From assembly GCA_002269645.1 (NCBI GenBank), contig NIVC01002585.1:1-64000 (forward strand): DNA of 64,000 nucleotides, read 5' to 3'. The position numbers were made by a program, and so were the translations under genes. The notes under the pieces were generated by a model. That model had not been told where the DNA came from. It did not search any database and worked only from the letters and a program-made list of their open reading frames with translations. This document shows, one piece after another, positions 12,366-25,011 of this stretch (positions are counted from its first letter, which is position 1; each line of letters opens with the position of its first letter). The DNA is from Macrostomum lignano. Taxonomy: Eukaryota.

Positions 12366-15300
12366 CTAAGCTACAGTGGAAAAGTTGCTGGCAGTGGAAG
12401 CGCCTCGAGACAGAGCTCTCTGCTGCTGTTGAAGCTCTTGCTGCTGCTCTTTGTCAGCATTGGTGCCTGCGTCTCCCGTCGCATCTGGCTCGATGCCTCC
12501 CGCTTCTACGCCGGGTTCGTCGTCGTCGTCGTCCTCGTCATCTTCCGAGTCGGCGGTGCCGGCGCGATACCTTCGGCCGCGCCTACTTGGCGCTGGAGTC
12601 AGCGGCGGCGCGGCCCTGTCGATCAGCGTGACCATTGTAGGCTCGTGCTCCGCTCTGTAGTCAGCTGTGCGCCTCGTGACCAGCTGGGGCCGTCCGGGGC
12701 TGTGCGATTTCGGAGAACTCAATTGAGCTGCATTGACTTGCTTATTGCGAGGCTTGGATACTCGGCTGCTGGAGTCTTGTCTCACTCCTCTCTCTCTCTT
12801 CTCATTCCCTCTCCTCCATCTTTTCCTTCTCCTTCTCCTTCCTTTTCCTTCTCCTCCATCTTTCTTTGCTGTCTTTTCCACCGTTCCGTTCTCTCCTCCT
12901 CTGTATTCTCCTAACCCGAATCCCTCACTTACGGTTTTAAACAATCATAATAAAATATGTTCTCCCTCACCGAATCGGTGGCAGTCCAACTCGCTGATAA
13001 TGGTGCCAACCCTCCGTGAACTGCGGCGCCAGGCAATCCTTCGAATAGAACAGTATGGATTTCATAACGAATGGATCGCGTCGGCACAGTGTGAGAATGA
13101 ACCGGCGACCTGAGGGCTCGTGCGACAGGTAGCCCAAGGCTACGGAGGCGCAGCCGCGAACGCTCTCTAACGGTGACTGGATCAGACGGGCGAGACCGTC
13201 GATGGCTCCGATTCCTATGAGAGCCTTCGAAAACACGCGGGTAAAGCATTAGCTAATCAAAAGAAATGAATTTCTTCTAAATTTCTCTGCACCCTCCACT
13301 CCGATTTCTCTGCGCCCCAAAGTGTCTGCAACCTCCACCCCGATTTTCTCTGCACCCCAAAGTGTCTGCGACCTCCACCCCGATTTTCTCTGCACCCCAA
13401 AGTGTCTGCGACCTCCACCCCGATTTTCTCTGCACCCCAAAGTGTCTGCAACCTCCACCCCGATTTTCTCTGCACCCCAAAGTGTCTGCAACCTCCACCC
13501 CGATTTTCTCTGCACCCAAAGTGTCTGCGACCTCCACCCCGATTTTCTCTGCACCCCAAAGTGTCTGCAACCTCCACCCCGATTTTCTCTGCACCCCAAA
13601 GTGTCTGCGACCTCCACCTCGATTTTCTCTGCACCCCAAAGTGTCTGCAACCTCCACCCCGATTTTCTCTGCACCCCAAAGTGTCTGCGACCTCCACCCC
13701 GATTTTCTCTGCACCCCAAAGTGTCTGCAACCTCCACCCCGATTTTCTCTGCACCCCAAAGTGTCTGCGACCTCCACCTCGATTTTCTCTGCACCCCAAA
13801 GTGTCTGCGACCTCCACCCCGATTTTCTCTGCACCGTAAAGTGTCTGCGACCTCCACCCCGATTTTTTCTGCACCCCAAGCTGTTTACGACATCTAAACC
13901 GAATTCTCTCTGCCCTAGGTTGTCTTGAGAATAGAATATATTTTTTACAAGAACTATAAAACACACTATAGACGCTTACCTGCGGTAGACCGGCTCTTGA
14001 ATGGGCCAAGCAGGCGATTAAATCCGCTACCAGCCACTGAGTTGGTGCCGACTGCGACTGCGTCAACAAATCGTAGAGTATTTTAATACCGCGAGCCGAC
14101 GAAATCGATTGATCCTCGTCCGGTATGATGCGGGCGAGAATTATGGTCTGGGAATTCATGAAAGTAAGCATATACAGATTAGGTATATGCAGGTCACATT
14201 GTATTTTTAATCTAGGTGAACACGAACGCAAGACGTTTTTCCCTTAGATAGTAAAATTACCATTTTAATACTACAACTGGGACCGACAAATTAAACCTTT
14301 AGTAGGGCCGTTTTCTAAAACCCTTAAAGGGCCGTTTTTCCAAAACTTTTAAAAGGCAGTTAAAAGCCTTTAAAAGGGCTAGAAGCTGCAAAAAAGCCCT
14401 TTTTTAAACCTTAGAAAGGATCACTTTCTAGAAGAGGGCCATTTTTCAAAACCTTTAAAAAGGCCACTTTTCAAAATCTTTAAAAAGGTCGTTTTCCAAA
14501 CCTTTAAAAAGGCCGTTTTTAACACCTGCAGTTACTTTGTTCTTTCAAAACTTTCAAAATCGTCAAAAACATTTTTTTTTTCAAAAGCACACCTGATACG
14601 CTGCCAACGCTCGCTCAATTTCGTCTGTCGACTGCAGAAACTCCAAGAAATTGGCGTATTTCACTCCGCCCAAGCTGGCGATCTTCTTTTGCTCCCGGAC
14701 ATTGTTGTAGGCAAAGCCGGACAGAGCAGAGGCGGCCAGCTGGCGTACCGGCCGATCCTCAGAGTACAGACAGCGCAACGGCCCAATGTAGGAGAACTCC
14801 GGGCTCGAATTGAGATCCTCTGCCGCCTCCTGGTTGCCCATGACAACGGCCGACGCGGCCAGAGCCGCCTCCATCTGGATGGCCTCGTCGCGGGCGTGCA
14901 CCATCAGGGCGACGAGGAATTTCAGACCGCGAGCTTCAACAACTCGTGCCTGCGGAGTTGATGAAACTCATCTAATGGTTGCTCGGCTATGTCTGTAAAT
15001 TCGCTTTACTAAGGACAATAGCTAGTATCGAGTAAAAATGTGACAGCGGTGTTAGAAGCGAGTTTAAATCGACAAAAATGTGTCTTCGCAAAGCTCGTAA
15101 AGGGACGTTGTATTACTCGTAGAATTATTTAAAAAAGCCGTTTTGAAAAAAACAAAAGTTTCGCTTTACTAAAACTGTCAAAAAGGGTCGTTTTACTAAA
15201 CATAAATCAGGGTCGTTTCACTTCAATCAACGGCCATGTTTCAAAAACCCCAGAAATTCTCGATTTTATTTATATAAATATACCTGAACTTTCGGACTAG

Positions 15301-18300
15301 GCGTATTGCCAACGCCAACGCAGAGATGTCTCAGCGCTCGAATAGCGCACGCCACAATCTGTTCGCGTTCCGATCGTAACAGGCGAACTAGCGCAGAAAT
15401 GCCGTTCATATCGCAGATTCGCAGTCGCTGAGAGACTGGGCCTTCAGCCAGCACAGACAGAGCATCAGCAGCGATGAGGTGCAGCTGCTCTGAGGTTGTC
15501 TAGAAGCAAAAACATTTGAAAAAAAGAATCAATTAAAATGACGAGTATTACGTAATATGATTGTTCTTGAAATAACTTTAGCTAACAATATTCTTTACTA
15601 GCCTACTGTCCACAGTAGGGAAGTGAGACTTTTTTGCCCCCTTCTAGCTATTTCAACCCACTTCAAGATTTAAGACAATTAAACAACTGAGTAATTTATT
15701 AGTGCAGCGAGTTGAAATAAAAAAGTAATTGTATATCCAATTGGCAAAAAACCATAGACAGCTTGACAACAAATCGCATGCAATAATTGAAACAAATCGA
15801 TTTTAAGAAACAGTTTTAAGCGGTATTAAATTTATATTTTTTGTGTATAGGACGTGACTTTAAGCTTGGGTTTAAAAACCAGTGGCCTTCGTTTCTTAAA
15901 TTTAAAGTTGAGATTCGTGCCGACTTTCAGTGAATTTTCTAACTTTTTTCTGAAACACACTACTTACACACTGGGTAGTAGGTAAACGGCTATATGTCCT
16001 ATAAAAATATTTGAAATGTAAAAATTAAAAACAAATTTTTAGTCTTAATTAAGATGCAATTTTACTGTATGATTTTACATGTTTCATTAATTTGTTTTTT
16101 CCATTCGATGCGAATAAATTTGTAGTCAATTTTATACTAACTTTTTGTCATGAATTTTTGCATTATTATAATTTATAGTAATTTTTATATTGTAGTTAGC
16201 TACATAAATAACCGAATTTTTTTATTTATGAAATTTGTAGTTCAAACTTTTAACATGTTGCTATCTGCCTACACAGATTTATTTTAATATCGGTACAATT
16301 GTAACAGTTAGAATTAATTATTATCTAAAGTTACGACATTTAAAACAAATCTTTCACCGGAGAAGTAGCTAGCTCATATATGCACCAGAAAGATTTAGCG
16401 ATAGATTAGTTGAAAATAAACAAGAAACAGACTTAAATTTGTTTTAACTAGTTTAAAGAGACATTTAGAAATAAAAGTCTACTTGTACTTTTAACATCGA
16501 GACAGGCATAAAAAATTTACAAATTCATCTTCAAAATTGTACTGCAATGGCAGCTCGTCTGACAGCCTTCTATAAGTGGATGCGTATCCTTTATTTGATA
16601 CTGACAAATACTGCTTGTCAGATTGGCTGTAATTGCTGCCTGCTGGATTGCTGCTTCTAGCAGCTTTGGCATTGCGCAATGCCCTAGCTCTGGCAGCCTG
16701 TTGGCTGGCTATGTAAGCTGGCTCGTATTTGATCTGGAATTCGTCCATTTTGTTTAAATTGACTCTGCGTGTTCGATTGGATGCTGAGATTTACCTGATC
16801 TTTTGAAGCTGCGATGACATTACATTGGTAATAAACAGTGACTTGCTGTCGCAATTAGGACAGGCAATTACACGCCTGTCTTAATGGTTTACACTCCAGG
16901 CTGTAGCAGGTAAGAATTCCAATCTAACATGTGAACACTCCCAATCTCCCATCTAACATGTAAACTTTCCTATCTAACTGCTGACACTCCTATCTAACAG
17001 GTGAACACTCCTATCTAAATCTAACAGGTGAACACTCCTATCTAAATCTAACAGGTGAACAATCCTATCTAACAGGTGAACACTCCTATCTAACAGGTGA
17101 ACACTCCTATCTAACAGGTGAACACTCGTATCTAACAGGTGAACACTCCTATCTAACATGTGAACACTCCTATCTAACAGGTGAACACTCGTATCTAACA
17201 GGTGAACACTCCTATCTAACAGGTGAACACTCCTATCTAACAGGTGAACACTCCTATCTAACAGGTGAACACTCGTATCTAACAGGTGAACACTCCTATC
17301 TAACATGTGAACACTCCTATCTAACAGGTGAACACTCGTATCTAACAGGTGAACACTCCTATCTAACAGGTGAACACTCCTATCTAACAGGTGAACACTC
17401 CTAACTAACAGGTGAACACTCCTATCTAACAGGTGAACACTCCTATCTAACAGGTGAACACTCCTATCTAACAGGTGAACACTCGTATCTAACAGGTGAA
17501 CACTCCTATCTAACAGGTGAACACTCCTAACTAACAGGTGAACACTCCTATCTAACAGGTGAACACTCCTATCTAACAGGTGAACACTCCTAACTAACAG
17601 GTGAACACTCGTATCTAACAGGTGAACACTCCTAACTAACAGGTGAACACTCCTATCTAACAGGTGAACACTCTTATCTAACAGGTGAACACTCCTAACT
17701 AACAGGTGAACACTCCTATCTAACAGGTGAACACTCCTATCTAACAGGTGAACACTCCTATCTAACAGGTGAACACTCCTATCTAACAGGTGAACACTCC
17801 TATCTAACAGGTGAACACTCCTATCTAACAGGTGAACACTCGTATCTAACAGGTGAACACTCCTTATCTAACAGGTGAACACTCCTATCTAACAGGTGAA
17901 CACTCCTATCTAACAGGTGAACACTCCTATCTAACAGGTGAACACTCCTATCTAACAGGTGAACACTCCTATCTAACAGGTGAACACTCCTATCTAACAG
18001 GTGAACACTCGTATCTAACAGGTGAACACTCCTTATCTAACAGGTGAACACTCCTATCTAACAGGTGAACACTCCTATCTAACAGGTGAACACTCCTATC
18101 TAACATGTGAACACTCCTATCTAACAGGTGAACACTCTTATCTAAATCTAACAGGTGAACACTCCTATCTAACAGGCGAACACTCCTATCTAACAGGTGA
18201 ACACTCCTATCTAACAGGTGAGCACTCCTACCTTGCATCTGAACACTCCTTAGCAAAAGTTAGCAAAACGAAAATTGTGGTTAATTTTATCATCAAGCAA

Positions 18301-21300
18301 AACCGTGATGCGGTATATTCCTTATATTCCTACCTGTATAAAATCTAGCAGAGTTTGAATGCCAATCATGGTTGCCATGGTCCGGCGCTCAACGGGGTCG
18401 GCGCCAGCCAGGCGCCAAATTGCCAGGGCGCTGATCGCCTGATTCTCCTGCGATCTGGCGCGCTTCAAATGCGACAGCAACGGTAGGACAGCGCCGTCGC
18501 TTAGCAGAGAGCGCTGCGTGTCGGGGTTGCCGTCAACCAGGACTCGGAGGCAGTCGATGGCGGACTGTTGAAGGTCCTTCGATTTGGCCCGGCAGAGGAA
18601 GACAATGCTGGGGCCGGCGCCCGCCTCTACCAGACTGCACTGGTTGTCTGCGATGCGTTGGTGAATGGGTGTTGGTGAATAGGTGTTGGTGAATAGGTGT
18701 TGGTGAATGGGTGTTGGTGAATGGGGTGTTGGTGAATGGTGTGTTGGTGAATGGTGTTTTGGTGAATGAGTGTTGGTGAATGGGTGTTGGGGAATGATGT
18801 GTTGGTGAATGGTGTGTTGGTTAATGATGTGTTGGTGAATGGTGTGTTGGTAAATGGTGTGTTGGTGAATGGGTGTTGGTGAATGGGGTGTTGGTGAATG
18901 GTGTGTTGGTGAATGGTGTGTTGGTGAATGGGGTGTTGGTGAATGGGGTGTTGGTGAATGGTGTGTTGGTGAATGATGTGTTAGTGAATGGGTGTTGGTG
19001 AATGAGTGTTGGTAAATGAGTGTTGGTGAATGAGTGTTGGTGAATGGGGTGTTGGTGAATAGGTGTTAGTGGATGAATTTGGTGAATCGATGTTGGTGAA
19101 TAGGGTGTTAGTGAATGGGTGTTGGTGAATGAGTGTTGGTGAATGAGTGTTGGTGAATGGGGTGTTGGTGAATAGGTGTTAGTGAATGAATTTGGTGAAT
19201 CGATGTTGGTGAATAGGGTGTTAGTGAATGGGTGTTGGTGAATGAGTGTTAGTAAATGGACGTTGGTTAATTGGATATTGACGTTAATGTTGGTGAAAGG
19301 TTACTAGCTAGTAGTTTAGTAAAAACGTTTTGGTAATCGGCAATATTTAATAGTTGTTAGTTGTTTAAAATGTCCTGCTAAATGAGTGCTGGTTAAAATG
19401 TGTTTTGTGAATAGATATTGGTGAATAGGTTGCTGAATGAAGCAGCAGTGACTATAGATTCTGAATCAATGACCAACAGTCACCTCGATGACCCTCAGCC
19501 AGAGACGCGACGCAGTGGGTGAGGGCGAACAGCAGGCCTTTGTGCAGGCACGGCTGTCCGTCGGAGCTGCGTCGATAGAACGACACCAACTGTCGAATGT
19601 TGGTCGGCTCTTTGTTCACCTGCGACTGGTGACTGGGGTTGCCCTGCGCGGTTGGTGGGTTTTGGTTATCATTAGCGCAGACGTTCAGTGATATTAGGGA
19701 CTGCTTTCTGTGAATTTGTAATTAAAATGTTTTTGGAGAGAGAAAGAACTTTTGGCGCCTTTGGAACTGAACTTTTGGCGCCTCTGAAACTGAACTTTTG
19801 GCGCCTCTGAAACTGAACTTTTGGCGCCTCTGAAACTGAACTTTTGGCGCCTCTGAAACTGAACTTTTGGCGCCTCTGAAACTGAACTTTTGGCGCCTCT
19901 GAAACTGAACTTTTGGCGCCTCTGAAACTGAACTTTTGGCGCCTCTGAAACTGAACTTTTGGCGCCTTTGGAACTGAACTTTTGGCGCCTCTGGAACTGA
20001 ACTTTTGGCGCCTCTGAACTGAACTTTTGGCGCCTCTGAAACTGAACTTTTGGCGCCTTTGGAACTGAACTTTTGGCGCCTCTGAAACTGAACTTTTGGC
20101 GCCTCTGAAATTGAACTTTTGGCGCCTCTGGAACTGAACTTTTGGCACCTCTGGAACTGAACTTTTGGCGCCTCTGAAACTGAACTTTTGGCGCCTTTGG
20201 AACTGAACTTTTGGCGCCTCTGAAACTGAACTTTTGGCGCCTCTGAAACTGAACTTTTGGCGCCTCTGAAACTGAACTTTTGGCGCCTCTGAAACTGAAC
20301 TTTTGGCGCCTCTGAAACTGAACATTTGGCGCCTCTGGAACTGAACTTTTGGCGCCTCTGGAACTGAACTTTTGGCGCCTCTGGAACTGAACTTTTGGCG
20401 CCTCTGAAACTGAACTTTTGGCACCTCTGAAACTGAACTTTTGGCGCCTCTGAAACTGAACTTTTGGCGCCTCTGAAACTGAACATTTGGCGCCTCTGGA
20501 ACTGAACTTTTGGCGCCTCTGGAACTGAACTTTTGGCGCCTCTGAAACTGAACTTTTGGCACCTCTGAAACTGAACTTTTGGCGCCTCTGAAACTGAACT
20601 TTTGTCGCTTCTGGAGCTGAAGTTTTGGCGCCTCAGGAACTGAAATTTTTGGCGCCATTGGAACCAACACTAAATCTAAGATATAGCTAAAACAAACCTT
20701 AACCATAGCTCCGATAGCTTCAACAACTTCGGCCAGAGCGTCCGGTTCGGATTCTCCGGACAGCAGGCCGAGACAGCGGCACAGGGCGCCCAGACCGCCA
20801 GCTTTCACGCAGACGCTGGCCTGCTCGGGACGCGAGCTGCTCAACAGTCGGTACAGACGGCCGAGCATCCGCATCAGAGCCGGAGCATTCCACGAACTGT
20901 TGCCGGCACTGTTGGCTGCCGCGGTGGTGTCAACCAGACGATTTAAAACTGTCAGAGCGTCGGGATGCGCCAGTATCGCCGATTGCACAGCGGGGGCCGG
21001 GGTCAGATGGAGCAGCAGTCGGAAGCTGGTCAGCTTGGCTCGAGTGTCGATGTCATTTTTCAACGACGCAATCACAGCCGGTACGACGCCGTTGGATAGG
21101 GCCGCCTCCCAGTGCCGGCTCACGCTGCCGTCTGCCCGCTCCTGCGGCGTGGTGGGTGTTGATAGTGGCACTTAAATGTGTGTGAATGTGGCATTTGTAT
21201 CTGTGTGAATGTGGCACTTGTATCTGTGTGAATGTGGCACTTAAATGTGTGTAAATGTGGCATTCAAATGTCTGTGAATGTGGCACTTAAATGTCTGTGA

Positions 21301-24300
21301 ATGTGGCACTTGTATCTGTGTGAATGTGGCACTTGTATCTGTGTGAATGTGGCACTTAAATGTGTGTAAATGTGGCATTCAAATGTCTGTGAATGTGGCA
21401 CTTAAATGTCTGTGAATGTGGCACTTGTATCTGTGTGAATGTGGCATTTAAATGTGTCTGAATGTGGCACTCAAATGTTTGTGAATGTGGCACTTAATGT
21501 TTGTGAATTTGGCACTTTCTGTTACTATCCCTGTCACTCTATGTCACTCTTGTCACTCTTTCAGTCATCTTTGTCACCCTCTGTCACTCTCTCAGTCATC
21601 TCTATCACTATCTCTGACAAAATCTTAGTCTCACTTAGTCACTTTCTCTGTCACTATTTTTAGTCACGCTCTCAGTCATCTCCGTCACTATTTTAGTACT
21701 TATGTCACTATCTCGGTCAATATCTCAGTCTCGCTTTGTCACACTCTCTCTCTCTATCTCTCTCTCTCTCTCTCTCTCTCCCTCTCTGTAACTATCTCTG
21801 TCACTCTCTCAATCACTTAATTGCAGTCACTCAGTTTCAACCCAATGCCTCACCTGCAGCAGCGGTTTCAAGCACCTGGCTGCAGTGTGCACATCGTCCT
21901 CAGCCAGAGAGGCCAGCAGTTTAAACAGGGTTGGCCACGGCTGCAGCTTGGGAGAGTTCAGCGTCACAAAATAGTCCACAATATCCGTGTGCCCCTCCGC
22001 TGCCGCGAGTTCAACAGCATTCAGTCCCTGAGCAGTGGTGGCGTCCAGCTGAGATCCCAGGTCGGTCAGCAGCTTGACAGCCGTGATTTGGCCATATTTG
22101 ACGGCAACAAGAAAAGCGGTGAACTTGTACTCATCTTGGGTCTCCAGTTCCAGTTGGTTGCGGTTTGTCTGCACAAATTTCTCAATTGATTTGAGCAGGG
22201 ATCGCTGGGCCGATTGGTGAATTGGAGCGTAGCCGTGTTCGTCGTACTCATTCATTGTGGCGTAATATTCGCGAATGTTGCGCAGTGTGTTGGCGTTAAA
22301 TAAGTTCTTGGTGTTCTTCGCCACCAGAACCTGGGTGGCGCTGCAGTAAAAGGAGATAACACTCGCATTAGATTAATTAATGATTACACCTACCCTAATT
22401 GGGCCAGATGTGCAACCGACAGCTCAGCCGCAGCTATTGCGCGGCGCATCTGAAGGCTGCGTACGGCTGTTCAGTCCAAGGACTGGGGGGGTCGCCACAC
22501 ACCCTCAATTACCGCAGCTAATGCTGGCACCCATTTTACAGCTGGGTGAACTGAAGCAATGCAGAGTTAAGTGTCTTGCTCAAGGACACAAATTGTTCCA
22601 GTAGAATCGGGAATCGAACCCCCGATCTTCAAGTCGTAAGTCCGACGTTCTTAACCACTAGGCTACAACCCCCTATTCGATTAACAAAGAACAAGTCCGT
22701 CAAATGAGTTGCTGTGGCAGAGTCTGACTTTCGGGCCACGACCCCTTGATTTAATTCCGTGGCTTGCATGTGCTCAGGGGTGAGCGGAATGGGAAGAATT
22801 GCCGTCAGCACTGGCTGTGGGATGATTCTGCCAAAGGAATTATTGTTATTATTGCAGAGGTGCACACTCTGTGCCCATACAACCAAGGTGAACCAAAGCC
22901 TGTGTATTTTCAGGGGCGTAGCCAGGAATTTTGATTGGGGGGGGGCGTGAGTTAGGGGGCGCCAGCTTCTTATAGGGGGGGGGGGGCGCCAGTTTCTTTT
23001 AGGGGGGGGGCGCCAGTTTCTTTTAGGGGGACGCCAGTTTCTTTTAGGGGGCGCCAGTTTCTTTTAGGAGGGGGGCGCCAGTTTCTTTTAGGGGGCGCCA
23101 GTTTCTTTTAGGAGGGGGCGCCAGTTTCTTTTAGGGGGGCGCCAGTTTCTTTTAGGAGGGGGGCGCCAGTTTCTTTTAGGGGGGGCGCCAGTTTCTTATA
23201 GGGGGCGCCAGTTTCTTTTAGTGGGGGCGCCAGTTTCTTTTAGGGGGCGCCAGTTTCTTTTAGGGGGACGCCAGTTTCTTTTAGGGGGACGCTAGTTTCT
23301 TTTAGTGGGGGCGCCAGTTTCTTTTAGGGGGCGCCAGTTTCTTTTAGGGGGCGCCAGTTTCTTTTAGGGGGACGCCAGTTTCTTTTAGGGGGCGCCAGTT
23401 TCTTTTAGGGGGCGCCAGCTTCTTTTAGGGGGACGCCAGTTTCTTTTAGGGGGCGCCAGTTTCTTTTAGGGGGCGCCAGCTTCTTTTAGGGGGCGCCAGT
23501 TTCTTTTAGGAGGGGGGCGCCAGTTTCTTTTAGGGGGGCGCCAGTTTCTTATAGGGGGCGCCAGTTTCTTTTAGGGGGACGCCAGTTTCTTTTAGGGGGC
23601 GCCAGTTTCTTTTAGGAGGGGGCGCCAGTTTCTTTTAGGGGGGCGCCAGTTTCTTTTAGGAGGGGGGCGCCAGTTTCTTTTAGGGGGGGCGCCAGTTTCT
23701 TATAGGGGGCGCCAGTTTCTTTTAGTGGGGGCGCCAGTTTCTTTTAGGGGGCGCCAGTTTCTTTTAGGGGGACGCCAGTTTCTTTTAGGGGGACGCTAGT
23801 TTCTTTTAGTGGGGGCGCCAGTTTCTTTTAGGGGGCGCCAGTTTCTTTTAGGGGGCGCCAGTTTCTTTTAGGGGGACGCCAGTTTCTTTTAGGGGGCGCC
23901 AGTTTCTTTTAGGGGGCGCCAGCTTCTTTTAGGGGGACGCCAGTTTCTTTTAGGGGGCGCCAGTTTCTTTTAGGGGGCGCCAGCTTCTTTTAGGGGGCGC
24001 CAGTTTCTTTTAGTGGGGGCGCCAGTTTCTTTTAGGGGGGGGGCGCCGGTTTCTTTTAGGTGGAGGGGGCGCCAAGGCCAGAGTTGGTGATTATGGGGGG
24101 GCCACGGCCCCCCTTGCCCCCCCCCTCTGGCTACGCCCCTGTGTATTTTAGCGCTATTTTATAGCATATAAAAGATATTAAAGTGAACCGAAGTTCATTT
24201 GCTTCCCGGCTAAAAAAACGCTCTAAAATATCAATAACAGATTTTAGAATTGAAAAAGAAAGTTGAACAAAGCAGACAGACTTTTTGTGGGCAGCTTACA

Positions 24301-24797
24301 TGTTTTTAAACATTTCCTTGCCAGCGAGGCGTTTCTTTAGCATGCTGTTGCTAATTGAGTTGGATTTTAAATAGTCGACTTGATAAACCTGATATAACCT
24401 ACGCAGCTTAGGTGTATGTAGCTTTGCAAGTCCAGAACTATCTGAAATTTATACCCCAGATAGTTATGGCAGGCCGCCCCCATCTCAGCAATGCTGAATA
24501 CTCAATCGCGTACTTGAGTTGCACGTAGGCACAGCTCAGCATTTGCAGAACTCAAAGGCAAGGATAGAGAGATAGGGAAGAAGACAGAACAGCCACGCGA
24601 TCAACCCATGCAACCACATTTTCTGCAGACAGCGCGCCATTATCGAGCCCTGACTCCCAGCGTGTTTCTTTCCAAAATTTCCTACCCCATCCCGATCCCA
24701 GTCTCTTAAGCTCTATCTCTGGAGCGAGGCTTAATAGAGTGAAATTAGAAGTCACGCTGTACCTGTTGGGGGGGTGCGTGCATTCTCGCGGGTTCAT
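12366..24797 (-). CDS. ANKAR: Ankyrin and armadillo repeat-containing protein (ANKAR-like), 10 exons, 945 aa
   Basis: Exons 24797-24763, 22340-21854, 21141-20698, 19643-19484, 18647-18334, 15499-15284, 14949-14593, 14147-13980, 13224-12971, 12768-12366. All introns GT-AG with compatible phases; total 2838 nt. Ankyrin repeats (GYAPIHQSA, FLVAVKYG, AVELAAAEGH) are followed by ARM repeats. Motifs LNSPKLQPWPTL, LAHSRAGLP, VRGCASVALGYL and VGLP match the C-terminal part of ANKAR as recalled. The last-exon acceptor is the least certain junction. Confidence 0.85.
13290..13880. repeat. Minisatellite, 40-bp unit (AGTGTCTGCGACCTCCACCCCGATTTTCTCTGCACCCCAA), ANKAR intron 8
   Basis: About 14 tandem copies; explains the cluster of overlapping ORFs here. 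Confidence 0.97.
16925..18250. repeat. Minisatellite, 21-bp unit (CTATCTAACAGGTGAACACTC), ANKAR intron 5
   Basis: About 60 tandem copies. Confidence 0.97.
18657..19260. repeat. Minisatellite, 14-16 bp unit (TGTTGGTGAATGG), ANKAR intron 4
   Basis: Begins about 10 nt from the exon 5 acceptor. Confidence 0.93.
19748..20640. repeat. Minisatellite, 23-bp unit (TTTTGGCGCCTCTGAAACTGAAC), ANKAR intron 3
   Basis: About 38 tandem copies. Confidence 0.97.
21165..21510. repeat. Minisatellite, 23-bp unit (AATGTGGCACTTGTATCTGTGTG), followed by CT/CA-rich low complexity to ~21810
   Basis: Direct reading, ANKAR intron 2. Confidence 0.9.
22405..22673 (-). mobile_element. tRNA-derived SINE with CORE/Meta-like central domain, copy 1
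   Basis: Minus strand: GGGGTTGTAGCCTAGTGG (A box), GGTTCGATTCCC (B box), then GTGTCCTTGAGCAAGACACTTAACTC...CCCAGCTGTAAAATGGGTGCC. Collinear with 38449-38720. Confidence 0.9.
22911..24141. mobile_element. hAT-like MITE whose interior is an expanded GC-rich minisatellite
   Basis: TIRs CAGGGGCGTAGCCAG / CTGGCTACGCCCCTG; 8-bp TSD TGTATTTT (22903-22910, 24142-24149). Confidence 0.9.
22960..24070. repeat. Minisatellite, 20-24 bp unit (G5-7 CGCCAGTTTCTTTTA), inside the MITE
   Basis: About 50 copies, variable G-run. Confidence 0.97.
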
Positions 24798-24996
24798 GAT
24801 GCTGGACTCTTTTTCTCCTGTGCAAATTATCCCTGAGCCCCGGAATCTCTCACTCGGGCTTCTTCAGCCACCCCTGCCGCTGGCCAAGGCCACTACAGAA
24901 TTAAACAATGGAGAGAGGAGAGGGGGAAGCAGCCAACCCACTCAAAAATAAAGCATCCCCATCCTACAAAACAACGCGTGCCTTTGTCTCTCGATG

Positions 24997-25011
24997 GTTG
25001 CCCATGGCAAC
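24997..25011. promoter_or_regulatory. RFX X-box, about 200 bp upstream of the ANKAR-like start codon
   Basis: GTTGCCCATGGCAAC fits GTNRCC(N0-3)RGYAAC with perfectly inverted half-sites; an extra GGCAAC half-site lies at ~25018. Confidence 0.75.

Noticed and set aside
13249-13966. Six overlapping ORFs of 145-324 aa
   Set aside because: Products of the 40-bp tandem repeat, open in several frames.
19672-20697. 499-aa ORF with SSVSEAPKVQFQRRQKFSFRGAK repeats
   Set aside because: Read-through of ANKAR exon 3 into a stop-free 23-bp minisatellite; a good donor at 20697 joins exon 4 in frame.
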